Assembly (NCBI RefSeq): GCF_036971445.1
Contig: NC_091471.1
Coordinates: 235,352,001 to 235,416,000 of the forward strand
DNA: 64,000 nucleotides
Source: Narcine bancroftii
Taxonomy: Eukaryota
Direction of reading: 5' to 3'
The position numbers were made by a program, and so were the translations under genes. The notes under the pieces are model-generated. The model had not been told where the DNA came from. It made no database searches and worked only from the letters and a program-made list of their open reading frames with translations. This document shows positions 22,901 through 35,000 of this stretch, one piece after another (the first letter of the stretch is position 1; the number at the start of each line of letters is the position of its first letter).

Positions 22901-25156
22901 CGCACCTCCAGGCAGCAGAGGCCGGGGCCCTGGGGCCGGAGGCGGGCAGACAGCACTGTGCGCCAGAAGTTCACCACCCCATTGGCCACATCCATGCGGC
23001 ACAGGTTGCGGAAGTCGTGGCTGCCCTGCATCAGGGTGGCCGCCTGGCCCATCCGCTCCAGGTCCAGCCCTGCTGACGGGAAGAGATAGCGGTAGGTGCG
23101 GTGCAAGCAGCTGAAGCGGGCACTGAAGCCGGGGGGTGCAGGTGCCCAGGCCAGAGCTCTTATGTCCCGCGGGAGGACACGGTTCAGCAGGTGGGTGTAG
23201 GGGAGCTCTTGCACGGCCCCGGGTAGAGGGGAACCGTCCAGCCCCACTGTCCGAGAGCGCAGGTACAGGGAGATCACCTGGGGGGAGAGAGGAGAGAGTT
23301 TATGGAACAATATGCATTTACCTCGTCTCCCTCCGAACCCCAGTCCAAGTGATCCCCCTTCCCCCTGCATCACCCCCTCCATCTCATGGGGCAAGGGAGG
23401 ATTTTCCCCCCTCATTTCCACCCCATTGAGGTTTTAGAAACTTCTGAAAGGTCTCCCCCACCCCAGTGGGAACACATCCCAGCCTGTCCGGCCCCCCTCT
23501 CCTTTTAGCCACCTTTATATGCCTCAGAAGTTCCAACATCCCTCTTTCCTAATCCAATGTTTTCCATAATTACCCCTTTTTGCTTCACTTATTCTATCCA
23601 ATTCCATATCCTTCTCCTTAGTGAACTCATTCAATATTTTCCCCCATCTCATTCGGTTCCTCACAAATTTGTCCGCTCCAATTCTCTAGTGGACCAATTC
23701 TATCCTTCACTCTCCTTTTTCTATTCACATATTTGTAAAAACCCTTTGGATTTACTTTCACCCTGTTCGCTTTAGTCACCTCATACCTCCTTTTCGCTAT
23801 CCTAACTTCTTTCTACAGTCCATGTATTTTCCAAGCATCTCGTAATGAAGGAGAGAGAGAGTGAGATGAGGGGAGGTAGAGGGAGTGAGTGGAGGGGATA
23901 AAAGAAAGGAGGGAGAAGGGAGTTAGGGAAGCAGAAGAGAATGAGGTGTGGAGGGAGGGGGAGAGAGGCCTGGAGGGCTCAGAAGCCAGGAGGGACTGTG
24001 TGGGAGGTCAGGGGCTAGGAAGGGAACAATGGGAAAGTTGGTGAGGGAGTGGAGTGAGGGGTGAGAGGAGGGGAGGCAAGAGGGAGTTGGAACAGGAGGA
24101 TAGGCATGGGGACAGAGAGTGGGGGAAGGATGAATGGGAGAGGGAGGAGTGTGGAGCTAGAGGAGTGGGAAATGGGATGGGGAGTTGGGGAGGGAGGCAG
24201 GGGTGTGGGGAGGGGGAAAGGGGATGAGGGAGTGGGGAAGGGAGGAATGGGAGGTGAGTGGGGTGTGAAGGAGGGAGGGGGAGTTTGAGTGGGTGAGGGG
24301 ATCAAGTGGGTCTGGTAGGGTAATGTATGAGTGCTCCTTACCTGCCCAAAGGCACTGACCCCTTGTCTGTGCGGCCACAGCGGTGGTAGTTTGCCGTCTG
24401 CCGACTCTCCACTAGCCGTGTGGTGGTCAGGGCCTCGAACAGTTTGGCCTCCACTGTGTTGCTGGTGTTCTCCTGACTGGCGAAGCCCTGATAGCCCCAG
24501 CCCAGGTAGGCTAGCCGCACTGCCACCAGCCTCCGGCCATGCTGGCTGAAGTCAAAGGGCCGCTGCCTCTGCTTGGCGCGGGGTCCCGGAGGTAGGGGGC
24601 TCCCAATTTCATCTGGGGGAGCTCCGCTGTGGGGACACACATTCCCTCTATCACAGGAACATCTGCCATGGGGACACTGATTCGTTCTGTCACAGGGACC
24701 TCCGCCGCAGGGACACAGATTTGCTCTGTCACAGGGATCTCCATTGTGGGAAAAATCCACTCTGTCACAGGTACCTCCACTGTGGGGACACTGATTTGCT
24801 CTGTCACAGATAACTCTGCCGTGGAGACACTGATTCACTCTGTCACAAAGACCTCCCCTGTGGGGACAAGGATTCACTCTGTCACAGGGACCTCTGCCGA
24901 GAGGATCTCCGCCGTGGGGATACAGATTCGATTTGTTATGGGGATCTAGGCCATGGGAACACAGGGTTGCCTCGTTGTGGGGCCTTCCACCCTGTGGGCA
25001 TCCAACGTGAGGACCCTGGGGCCTGTCACCTAAGGCCCCTCCATTCTGTGCTCCTCCGCTGTGGCAACACAAGGCTCCTCCATCCTGGGTCCCTCTGCCG
25101 TGGAGACACGGTGCTCCTCCACCCTGAGCCCCTCCGTCCTGGGGACACCAGTCCAT
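19568..25156 (-). CDS. PUS3: PUS3, tRNA pseudouridine(38/39) synthase; join(24342..25156,22766..23277,22092..22283,19568..19980); two single-base indels
   Basis: FDFSQHGRRLVAVRLAYLGWGYQGFASQENT, catalytic HRCGRTDKG, FSARFSC..RTYRY, HDFRNLC.MDVANGV, AFLYHQVRCM, KPQYSMA..PLILYDC, RIQHY; canonical splice sites. Start codon is uncertain. Confidence 0.93.
20295..20890 (-). mobile_element. CR1-type LINE 3' end
   Basis: [36 protein letters not shown]. Confidence 0.85.
20915..21900. repeat. 57-bp minisatellite with 5-mer higher-order structure in PUS3 intron 3
   Basis: Unit CCTGGTACCCCGAGATCCGTCCGTCTCTGACACTGCCCACCGTTCACCATGTCCCAT; variant order recurs at 284 bp. Confidence 0.9.
22092..22283 (-). 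CDS. PUS3: PUS3 coding exon 3
   Basis: cacag|(S)MAVDYPLILYDC...LYSML...LAP|gtaggg; one extra C at 22265-22268. Confidence 0.9.
22766..23277 (-). CDS. PUS3: PUS3 coding exon 2
   Basis: cccag|VISLYLRS...NPCKPQY(S)|gtgagg, 512 nt, intact. Confidence 0.95.
24342..25156 (-). CDS. PUS3: PUS3 coding exon 1 (repeat-rich N-terminus plus catalytic RTD motif)
   Basis: Open frame from ATG 25156 to GRTDKG; one G missing at 24359-24362 (expected GVSAFGQ), then gtaagg donor. Confidence 0.8.
24622..24892 (-). repeat. 39-bp tandem repeat in the PUS3 5' region encoding CDRxNxCPH units
   Basis: TCT(G/A)TCACA recurs seven times at 36-39 bp spacing. Confidence 0.88.
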
Positions 25157-25450
25157 ACCGAGCGTCACGCGGCGCCACGAATCACTTCCGGTCGCCACCG
25201 CGCCAGCGCATGCACGGCGTGGTTTTTCTTCGGAGCGGCGTCGTCCTCCCGGCGGTGGAGGGGGGACTGGGGAACCCGCTTCCCTCCTCTCAGGCGCCGG
25301 CGGTTGGTGATCACCGCGTTGGCAACACGCCTGCGCGGATCGGGGGAGTGGGTAGACGGCAACACGCCTGCGTAGAAGGCGCTACATCGCCACCTGCCGG
25401 CAGGAGACTGAAAGAGCAACCACATCGTTCCCGCCGCCACCCCGAGACCT
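25150..25450. promoter_or_regulatory. CpG-island promoter of PUS3
   Basis: CpG-rich; ETS/GABP CCGGAAGTG (25183-25191, minus), NRF1-like GCGCATGCAC near 25206, CTCF-like CCGGCAGGTGGCG (25388-25401, minus). Confidence 0.7.
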
Positions 25451-25464
25451 CCCCATCGTCCCCG

Positions 25465-25665
25465 TAACCCCTCAACGACCCCCCAAACGACCTCATGACT
25501 CCCAGCGACTCCTTTACAACCCCGTGACCCCAACCGACCCCATAACCCCCAGCGATCTCCAAATGACCCCAACCCCCAGACGACCCCCCAAACGACCCCA
25601 TAACCCCCAGCGATCTCCAAATGACCCCAACCCCCAGACGACCCCCCAAATGACCTCATGACCCC
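25465..25665. repeat. About 60-bp tandem repeat between RUSF1 poly(A) site and PUS3 promoter
   Basis: CGACCCCATAACCCCCAGCGATCTCCAAATGACCCCAACCCCCAGACGACCCCCCAAA repeated. Confidence 0.75.
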
Positions 25666-25748
25666 ACAATAAGTGAGTGATGGGGAGGGAGCAATGGGGA
25701 AGAGTGAACCCAATGACATTCATGTACACAGTGTGGATGTTACTCTGG

Positions 25749-25754
25749 TTTATT
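25749..25754 (-). terminator. RUSF1 polyadenylation signal AATAAA
   Basis: TTTATT on plus strand 150 nt past the RUSF1 stop. Confidence 0.65.
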
Positions 25755-25903
25755 TCCCACCATGTACGGTGGCGGATGATAGTACAGAGAGCAGGTGGAG
25801 TGCCTGTTGGGAAGATGTCCTGTCGGTGGCAGAGCTGCCTTTCACTGGCCGCAGGTGGTACTACAGCATGCCCTTGGGTTGGGTCCCCTACCCCGCCTCC
25901 CAT

Positions 25904-26076
25904 CTACTGCCCCTTCTTCTCCATCAGCCCCCATCGTCCCCTCCACTCCTCTGCACCCAGCTGGTTCCTCTCCGTCCACCAACCCGCTGCCTGGGCCTCC
26001 GAGAGCAAGCCTGGCCAGAGCTGGTCGACAAGGAGATGGGTTGCAGCGACCACGTCCCACAGACGATCATCCTGGG
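25904..26076 (-). CDS. RUSF1: RUSF1 terminal coding exon
   Basis: cccag|AQDDRLWDVVAATHLLVDQLWPGLLSEAQAAGWWTERNQLGAEEWRGRWGLMEKKGQ*. Confidence 0.88.
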
Positions 26077-29000
26077 CTGGGGGGGAGAGAGAAAAGATGG
26101 GGGGAGAGAGAGGGGGGGAAGGGGAGAGAAAAGGATGGGGAGAGGAAGGGGGTGGGGGAGAGAGGGCGGAGGGGGAGAAAAAGGGATGGGGAAAGGGAGA
26201 GAAAAAGGGATGGGGAGAGGAAGGGGTGGTGAGAGGGGAGAAAGAGAGAGGGGGTGAGAAAGGGGAAGAGGAGAGAGGAGGGGGAGAAAAAGGGATGGGG
26301 AGAGGAAGGGGGTGGGGAGAGAGAAGGGGAGAGAAAGGGATGGTGAGAGGAAGGGGGATGGGGAGAAAGGGGAGAGAAAAGGATGGAGAGGAAGGGGGTG
26401 GGGAGAGAGAAAGGGATTTGGGGAGGAAGGGGGTGAGGAGAGAGGATGAGGTGGAGGGAGAAGGGGAAGAGAGAGAGGGGGCATCAGTGACTGTTGGGAG
26501 GACAGTGGAGGGGTCAGGGAGAGACGTTAGGGGATGGGAAAGGGTTGGGAATCGGGAGATGTCTGATGTCAGGCAGGACGTGGAGGTTGGGGGGGTCAGT
26601 GGGACAGAGCAAGGTCAGGGGTCAGAAGGAGAGATCGGGACAGGGAGTGGTTAGGGAAGAGGCTGGGGGGGTCAGGGGACAGGAGAGGTCGGAAGAAGGA
26701 CAGAAAACGGAGAAGTCGGGGTAAGGTCAGAGAATGGGGAGAGGTCGGGGAAGGTCAAGGGACGGAGAGAGAGGTCGGGGGAAGGTCAGGGGGACAGGGA
26801 GAATTCGGGGATTGGGGGAACAGTCTGGGGTCGATGGGAGAACTCGAGGTGAGAGAAGTCAGGGGACCACTCACCGGTCTGGACCTCGCGCTGCAGCTGT
26901 TCCCAAGTTGGTGCTTCCACTCGGACCCTTGCCCCGTCCCGACAGAGCAGCAAAACGAGAATCTCGGCATGGAGGGCTCCCTGGATCATGTCCTGACTCC
27001 CAGCCCCCTCCCGTAGAGACACACACACTTCCCCTGGAGGAAGAGTCCAGGTCAGTCTGAACATGGGACCCTCCTCTCGCCTCTGCTCCCTCCTTCCACA
27101 TCTCCTTCTCTCCTCCTCCCCCTCCTGCAGGGATAAGCACACCCACCCAGTAGACAAATCGTCCAGGATGTGGATCCTTTTCGTGCCTCCCCTCCCTTTG
27201 TCCTTCCCCTACTCCCTTCCTTACTCCAGTGCCACTCCCCTCCTCCTTCCAGCCGTCAGACAGCCCTCCAGCAGGGGATCAGACACACCGTCCCCTCCCT
27301 CCTATTCGAGACAGCGATGTCCACTCACCCGTCTTTTGATGCACTCCAATTAAATAATTCTTCATTGTTATTCTGGATTGCTCTTTCATAGTCGTCAGTC
27401 CTGTGGACGAGCAACATAGATCAGGGGTGCAGATACTGCAGCGTCTCGACAGAGGGGTTCAGTGGGGGGGTGGGGTTTAATACAGAGAATAACAGATCCC
27501 CGGGAAGAGGTCACAGGCTGGGGTCTGGTCCAGGGGTTCGATGGGGTTTATACTGACCTGTGTAAGATGGTGTTTAGAGAGGTTCCGAGCCGAACTTTCT
27601 CCCTCCTACAAAAGGCTGAAACAGAGGGAATTATTAACAGTCTCTCCACATCTGTTCCCGCCGCCACCCCGTGACCTCCCTATCGGCCCGTGAGAAACCC
27701 CCCACAAACTCTGTCCCCAAACACTCCCTGTTCTTCCCCCCCCCCCCCCCACAGACATCTGGGGTGTGTTAGTGTTTTCCCCCCTTCCTGACTCACTCCC
27801 GGTCCCCTCCCCTCACTCCTTCCGACCCTACCACATATCCTGCCTTGCCATCTGCTCTCCTGAACCCCCCTCCTGTTCGAACCCTGACTGTTCCTTCTCG
27901 AACCCCTTCCACCCCTCTACAATCCCCTCCACCTCCCTCCTGAATTGACCCCTCCCTCCCCCCTCTTCATCACCACCCGCTTCCTCTTCCCCTTCCTCTT
28001 CCCCTCCCTCCCCCTCGCCATCCCCTTCCTCTTCCCCTGGCAAGAGGGACTGACCTGGCAGGAGGGGCTCGCGCAGGTTTACAGATCCAGGTGGGGGGAC
28101 GAACCCCTCCCTCAGGAAGTCGGAGAGGAGCAAGCGGAGGCGGCTGGGGTTGAGGGTCTCCATCACAACCGAGCGGACGGCCCGATAGTTGGCATAGAGG
28201 TGGAGGGCAGTGAAGAGGCAGAACAGGAGGTGGGTCAGGCTGTAGGATGAGGGGGTAAGGGGCGAGAGGGTGGGGGGAGAGGGGGAAAGAGAGATAAAAC
28301 GAGAGATAATGAGAGGGGAGAGAGAAGGGATATGGAGAGAGCGAAGGAGAGTGGCAGGCGAGAGAGGGGGTAGAGAAGGGGCAAAAGAGATAAAGGGGAG
28401 AGGAGAAACGGGGAAAGAGGTGGGAGAGAGAGGGGAAGGGGAGAGAAAAGGGAGATAGGGGGACAGAGGAGAGTGGGAGGGGGAGAGGGGTGGACAGAGA
28501 GTGTGGGAGGGGAAGAGAGGGGATGGAGAGATAGGGGTCGGAGAGTAAGAGGGGNNNNNNNNNNNNNNNNNNNNNNNNNNNNNNNNNNNNNNNNNNNNNN
28601 NNNNNNNNNNNNNNNNNNNNNNNNNNNNNNNNNNNNNNNNNNNNNNNNNNNNNNNNNNNNNNNNNNNNNNNNNNNNNNNNNNNNNNNNNNNNNNNNNNNN
28701 NNNNNNNNNNNNNNNNNNNNNNNNNNNNNNNNNNNNNNNNNNNNNNNNNNNNNNNNNNNNNNNNNNNNNNNNNNNNNNNNNNNNNNNNNNNNNNNNNNNN
28801 NNNNNNNNNNNNNNNNNNNNNNNNNNNNNNNNNNNNNNNNNNNNNNNNNNAGAGTAGGAGGGGAAGAGAGGGGAGAGAGAGGGAGAGAAGGAGGAGGGAA
28901 AGGAGAGGGGGGTGAGAGGGGATGGAGAGTGGGAGAGGGAGAGATGGGACGGAGAGTGAGAAGAGGAGAGAGGGGACTGAGTAGGAGGGGAGGGGGAGAG

Positions 29001-32000
29001 GGAGAGGAGGAAAGAGAGGGGACTGAGAGGAGGGGAGAGAGGGGACGGAGAGCAGGAGGGGAGAGAGGGGACGGAGAGCAGGAGGGCAGAGGGAGGGGAC
29101 AGAGAGTGGGAGGGGGAGAAGGATCTATTAGTTACATTGTGTTTTCACCTGTCTCCCTCAGCAACACCCTCCCTGCTCCCCTCCATGATCCAGGATTGGT
29201 TGTTAGGGTTGAATGTTAGGGTGTCAAAGATTTTGGGTCAGGGTCTGATATCAAGGGTCAAATGGTCAAGGATTAAAGGATCAGGGAAGGATATCAAGGA
29301 TTCGAGGTCAGGGTAGAGCGGTCAGGGTATGGCGTCAGGGGTCAAAGTTCAGCGTCAAGATTTGGTATCGGGTCAAAGGGTTTGGGCTCAGTGTCAGGGC
29401 AAGGATTGTGGTTCAGGGGTCAGGTGTCAGAGGGACAGCACAGGGTTTGGTGTAAGGGCATAGAGTTAAGGGTATGTGTCAAGTGCCAAGGGATCATGGT
29501 GACAGAGGCAAAGGAATCTTGGCCAGGGTTCAATGTCAGGCAGTTGGGGTTCAGAGGTCAGGTTCTGGGAGTGGGGGTCAGGAGTCGGGCTTCTCCCTGA
29601 CGTACAGGAGGTGGTCAGAGGTGAACGGAGAGAGGAGGATGCTGGTCACCAGGCGGCCAGGTTGACGAGGGTCTCCTGTGGGGGGATGGAAATGCGTCAG
29701 TGAGGGAGGTGGGAGCCAGAGGTCTCACCCCTACCCCTTCCCTAATCTCCCCTACCCTTCCCTCATCTCCCCTATCCTCACCCCTCCCCTCATCTCCCCT
29801 ACCATCACACCTCGCCTCCCCATTTCCCCTCACCTCTCCTCATCACTCCTCCCCTCATCTCCACTACCCTATCTCCCCTCCCCTCATCTTCCCTATGCCT
29901 CACCTCATCTCCCCTACCCCAACCCACATCTCCTCTCCCTCTCCCCTAATCTCCCCTCCACATCTCCCCCCACCCCTCACCTCATCTCCCTTACCCGTTC
30001 CCATCCCCTACCCACCACCTAGACCACCCAACCCCATTCCAAATCCCTCTCCTCCACCTCCTCTCTGCCCTCCCACTCACCCCTTCCCTTTCCCTCCTCC
30101 GACAACCTCCCCCTCACCTTCTCTCCCACTCCCTGTCCTTTGCGTACCCTCCGTTCCCCATCCCAGCTCCCTTCCCCTCCATAACCACACCCCCGCTCGA
30201 CCCCTCCTCCTACCTCCACCCTCGTCCCACTCACCTCCACCACCTCCCTCCTTCAACTCCTACCCAGCCAATCCCCCTTCCCTCCCTCCTCATTACCCCT
30301 GACCTCCCTCCTCCGGCTCCCGTCACCTCCACCCCTCCCTCTTTCCCTCTCCCTCAACCCTAAACCAACCCGTCCTCTCTTCAACTCCTCGCCTTTCCCC
30401 TCCCAATATCCCCTTCCCCACCCCCTCAACTCCCTCTCCCCACACGTTTCCCTCCCCTCAAGCCACACTCCTCCCTTCCTCTCCGCTTCCCCTCCCTGCC
30501 CACTCGCCTCCTGCCCTTTCTCTGTCGCCTTCCCTCACTCCGTACCCTCTGTGCTTTCCCTTCCCCTAACCCCATCAACCCACACCCTCTCCGCTACTCC
30601 CTAATAACTTTCCTGTCCACCCACCCCTCTCCCTCCACCCACCACCCTACCTGACTCCATCCTTGGCAGACACGTCGGCCATGTTATCTCTCCGGGCCCT
30701 GGTGAAGGGTCAATGCCGCACGTGAAGCTCCCCCGGAAACACCGACGATTGACTGGGAGAGGATGGGGAAGAGAGGGAGAAAGGGGGAGAAAAAGAGGGA
30801 GAAAGGGAACAAGAGAGGGAGGGGGGAGAGGGGAAAAGATATAGGGGAGGGGGAAAGGAGTGGTAAACAGGAATGGAAGAGAAAAGAGGGGGAGAGGGGA
30901 AAACGGGGAGAGATTGGGAGGGGGGAAAGAGGGACAAAGGGGATGGAGGGGAAAAGGGGGAGAGAGGGGGGAAGAGTGAGGGGGAGAGAGGAAAAGAGAT
31001 AGGGGAAGAGGGGAAAAGAGAGGGGTAGGGGAAAATAGGGGAGAGGGGAAAATTAAGGGGGAGAGAGGGTATAAGAGGGGAGGGAGGGGAAAAGAAAGGG
31101 GGAAAGAGAGGGAGTGGGGAACAGAGAGGGGCGAGGGGAAAATAGAGAGGGGATGGAGGGAAAAGAGAGGGGGAGAGGGAAAAAGAGAGGGGAGGGAGGG
31201 GAAATGGGAGAGGTGGAAAGGGGGGAATAGAGAGGGGAGATGGGGGAAAATAGAGGGGTAAAGAGAGGGGGAGAGGGGAAAAGAAAGGGGGCGAGAGATG
31301 GAAAATAAAGAGGGGAGGAGGGAAGGGAGTGGGGACAAGAGATAGGGGAGGGGGAAAGAGGGGGAGAGAGAAGAGGAGGGGAAAGAGGGGGAGGGAGGGG
31401 AAAACGGAGAGAGAGGGGGAAGAGGGGGGAGTAAGGGGAGGGGGAAGAGTGAATGAAAGGGAGGGATGGAGAGAGGGAGACAGAGGTGTGGATGGGGGTG
31501 TGATGAGAGGGTGGGGTGGGGAGGCAGAGAGGTTCAGAGAAGTCTAGTTATTGTCAGAGAACATACACGGGATCACATACAACCCTGAGGTTTTCCTGGA
31601 GGTCGGGCTGAATTTCTACCTCTCTGTAAACTGAAGGAAAGTTACGTCTCCAAACAAGAGAACAGTAAACAAACTGGGCAAATACAGAAAAATTAAATTT
31701 TCTGTCACAAATAAGGTGCAAAATTAATCCCTGATTGATCAGAAAAGAGAGAGTTTAGACATACAACACGGTAACATTCCGCCCCACAAGCCATGCTGCC
31801 CATTTACACCCAATTGATTTTAGCCCACCGGTACATTTTGAAGGGTAGGAGGAACCGGAGCCTCTGGGGAAAACCCATGCAGATACGAGGAGGACATATA
31901 AACTCCTTAGACAGCTCAGGATTTGTTCCTCGATCCCTAGTGCTGTAAGGGCCATGGTACTAACCACTACAGTAACCAAGCCACCTTGACCTTCTCAGTG

Positions 32001-35000
32001 AGAGGGGCCCACCAAGAGGTTGCACCCATCCCATCACTCCACTTTGGGGACCCACCTTCAACAAGCAGGAGACACAGATGAGCAAAGTGAACTATGTCCG
32101 AGAACAGGGGCGCTACGATCTCGATGAAAATGGCCACATCATTGAGGATATCGGCGAGCATCCTGGGAGGGGGAAAGAGGGGCATAGGTGAGGGGTGGGA
32201 CACAAATTGAAGCTCCCTCTCCCTGTCCCATCACGCACTATCCGGGGCGGGGTGGGGGAACACGGACACAGAGTGAAGCTCCCTCTCCCCCGTCCCGTCA
32301 CACATTCCCAGGGTGGGACACAGAGTGAAGTCCCCTCTCTCCCCATCCCGTCACACACTCCTGGGGTGGGACACAGAGTGAAAATCCCTCTCCCCCATCC
32401 CGTCACACAGTCCCGGGGTAGGTCACAGGTGAAACTCTTTCTCCCACGGTCCCCATCACACACTCCTGGGGTGGGACACAGAGGGAAGCTCCCTCTCCCC
32501 TGTCCTGTCACACACTCCAAGGGTGGGGCACAGAGTGAAGCTTCCTCTCCCCATCCCGTCACACACTCCCGGGGTGGGACACAGAGTGAAAATCCTCTCC
32601 CCCATCCCGTCACACAGTCCCAGGGTAGGTCACAGAGTGAAACTCTTACTCCCCCGTCCTGTCACACACTCCCAGGGACATTTTGCGAGATTCACCTCCA
32701 TTGCTTTGCATCACGATCTAGCTGGGTCCCTGTGGGGACAAGGTGCAGATCAGGAGTGGTTCAGTGGGATCCAGATGTGCCGTGGTGGGTGTGGAGGGAG
32801 GCAATCCTAGAATGGAACTGCCCTTCGCCTTGTTAAATGGGGAGATCAATTCCTTCTGGGAAGAGGTCTCTCCGTCTCTCCCCCCCACTACTCATTGCTC
32901 CCCTCAGTCTACCCACTCCCTCCACTCCTCTCTCCCCTACTTCCCCCCCTCTCCCCCTCCCCTTCTCTTCCTCCCCTCTCTCTACCCCCCCCCCTACCAA
33001 TCACTCCCCCTCACTCTCCCCCCCCTTCCCCTCTCTTGCAGGAAATACAAGATTATAGATATGGGTGATTTCGACTGACCCCCTACTGACTGCAAGAGGG
33101 ATAGTGAGATCTGTCTGGGGACCCCGGCTCTTTGGGATTTTTATAAAGGACCTGGATGAAGAGGCGGAAGGATGGTCAGTAAGTTTGCAGGTAACACGAA
33201 GGTTGGAGGAGGTGTGGATGGAGCTGAAGGTTGGAGGAGGTGTGGATGAAGCTGAAGGTTGGAGGAGGTGTGGATGGAGCTGAAGGTTGGAGGAGGTGTG
33301 GATGGAGCTGAAGGTTGGAGGAGGTGTGGATGGAGCTGAAGGTTGGAGGAGGTGTGGATGGAGCTGAAGGTTGGAGTTATGGATGGACTGAAGGTTGTCA
33401 AAGGTGAAAAGAGGTTATCAACAGGATGCAGAGTTGGGCAGAGAAGTGGACGATCAAGTTCAGTTAAGTGTGAGATGATGCATTTTGGAAGGACAAACCA
33501 GGAGGCTGAGTCCAGGGTTAATGGGTGGTTACTTAATAGTGTGGATTAACAGAGGAACCTTGGGTTCCAAATCCATACATCTCACAAGGTCACCGCACAG
33601 ATTGATAGGAGAGTCAAGAAGGCCTGTGGGATGCTGGGCTTCATTAATAAGGGGATTGAGTTCAGGAGTAGGGGTTACAACTCTTCAAATCTCCAGTGAG
33701 ACCACACTCCCCTTCACCGCTCTCCCCCTCCCCCTCTCTCTCAAAACTCTCTCCCCTTTTTCCCTCCTATTTCTCCCCCCTCTCCCTTTATCTGCCCCTT
33801 TCTCTCCTTTTCCCTTCTCCCTTCACCTTTCCACTCCTCTCTCCCCTGTAACTCCCTATTCTCTTGACCCCCAACATCCTGTGCTTGCCCGCAACCCCTT
33901 CCCACATTCTCTGTTCTGAGACAGAGGCGGGGCAAAAACACAGGCTCAAGCCTGGGACTGGGCCAGTAGGAAGGGAGATGGGCCGAATGCACTGTGTGCA
34001 TGCTGGAGAACTCTGTGGATCTTCCTCAGAGATCTGGAGGGGTGGGGAGTTTGGGAAAGGAGGGGATGGGGTGGAAGGTGGGTGAGGGTTGGATGCAGGG
34101 GTATTTCGTGGAATAGGGTCCATGGCCTCTCTCCATGTACTGGGACATGGTCCGGTGGGGAGGTGGAGTGAGTGTGATGGAGAGGTGGGGACACCAGGAG
34201 GGAGGGAACCATTCTCACCCCTTCACCCAGGCAAAGAGAATCCGTCCGATCATCGACGTTCCATCTGGAACAAGAGAGGAGAGGGTAAGAGGGAGCAGAA
34301 ATATGGGTGGGGAGAGAGAGAGGGGTGGGATGGAGGGGAGGGGGGTGAAGGAAGAGAGGGGGGGAGAGGGTGATAGAGAGGGGGATGAGGATGAGAGAGA
34401 GGAGGAGAGGGTGATAGAGAGAGGTGTGAGGTAGAGAGAGGGGGATAGGGAGAGAGAGAAGGTGGAGGTGAGGGAGAGGTGGATAGAGAGGGGGAGAGGG
34501 GGTGAGAGAGGGATAGAGGAAGAGGGCGGATGGAGGGGGTGAGGGGGGTTAGGGGATAGGGGGATATAGGGGGGAGAAGGTGATAGGGGGGTGAGGAGAA
34601 GAGTAGGGAGAGGGAAAGGGGAGAGGGGAGGGATGGGGGTGAGATGGGGGAGAGGGGAGGGGGTGGGGGAGAGAGGAGGGGGAGGGATGGGGGAGAGGGG
34701 GTAAGGGAGAGGAGGGATGAGAGAGAGGGTGATAGTGGGGGAGAGGGCAGGAGTGGGGAGCACAGAGGGAGGGGAGAAGGGGAGAGAATCAGAACTTCTT
34801 GTCATGAACCAGTCCTGAAATTCGATGTTTTGCAGCAGCGTCACAGGGCAAACGTTCATATTATAACCACCTCACGACATTACTATAAAACATAAAAATA
34901 ACAGTGCACGAAAAGTCAGGCCGTGTCTGTGGTTCATGGATCATTCCGGAATCTGGTGGCAGCAGGGAAGAAGCCGTCCTTGTGCCATTGATTCTCATCT

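Noticed and set aside
22265-24362. Compensating -1/+1 frameshifts giving an alternative PUS3 frame
   Set aside because: The shifted frame hits TGA immediately at the start of exon 2.
27828-28054. Acidic extension of RUSF1 exon 9 (GEEEGDGEGE...)
   Set aside because: A good GTCAGT donor at 28054 and a phase-compatible next exon explain it as purine-rich intron.
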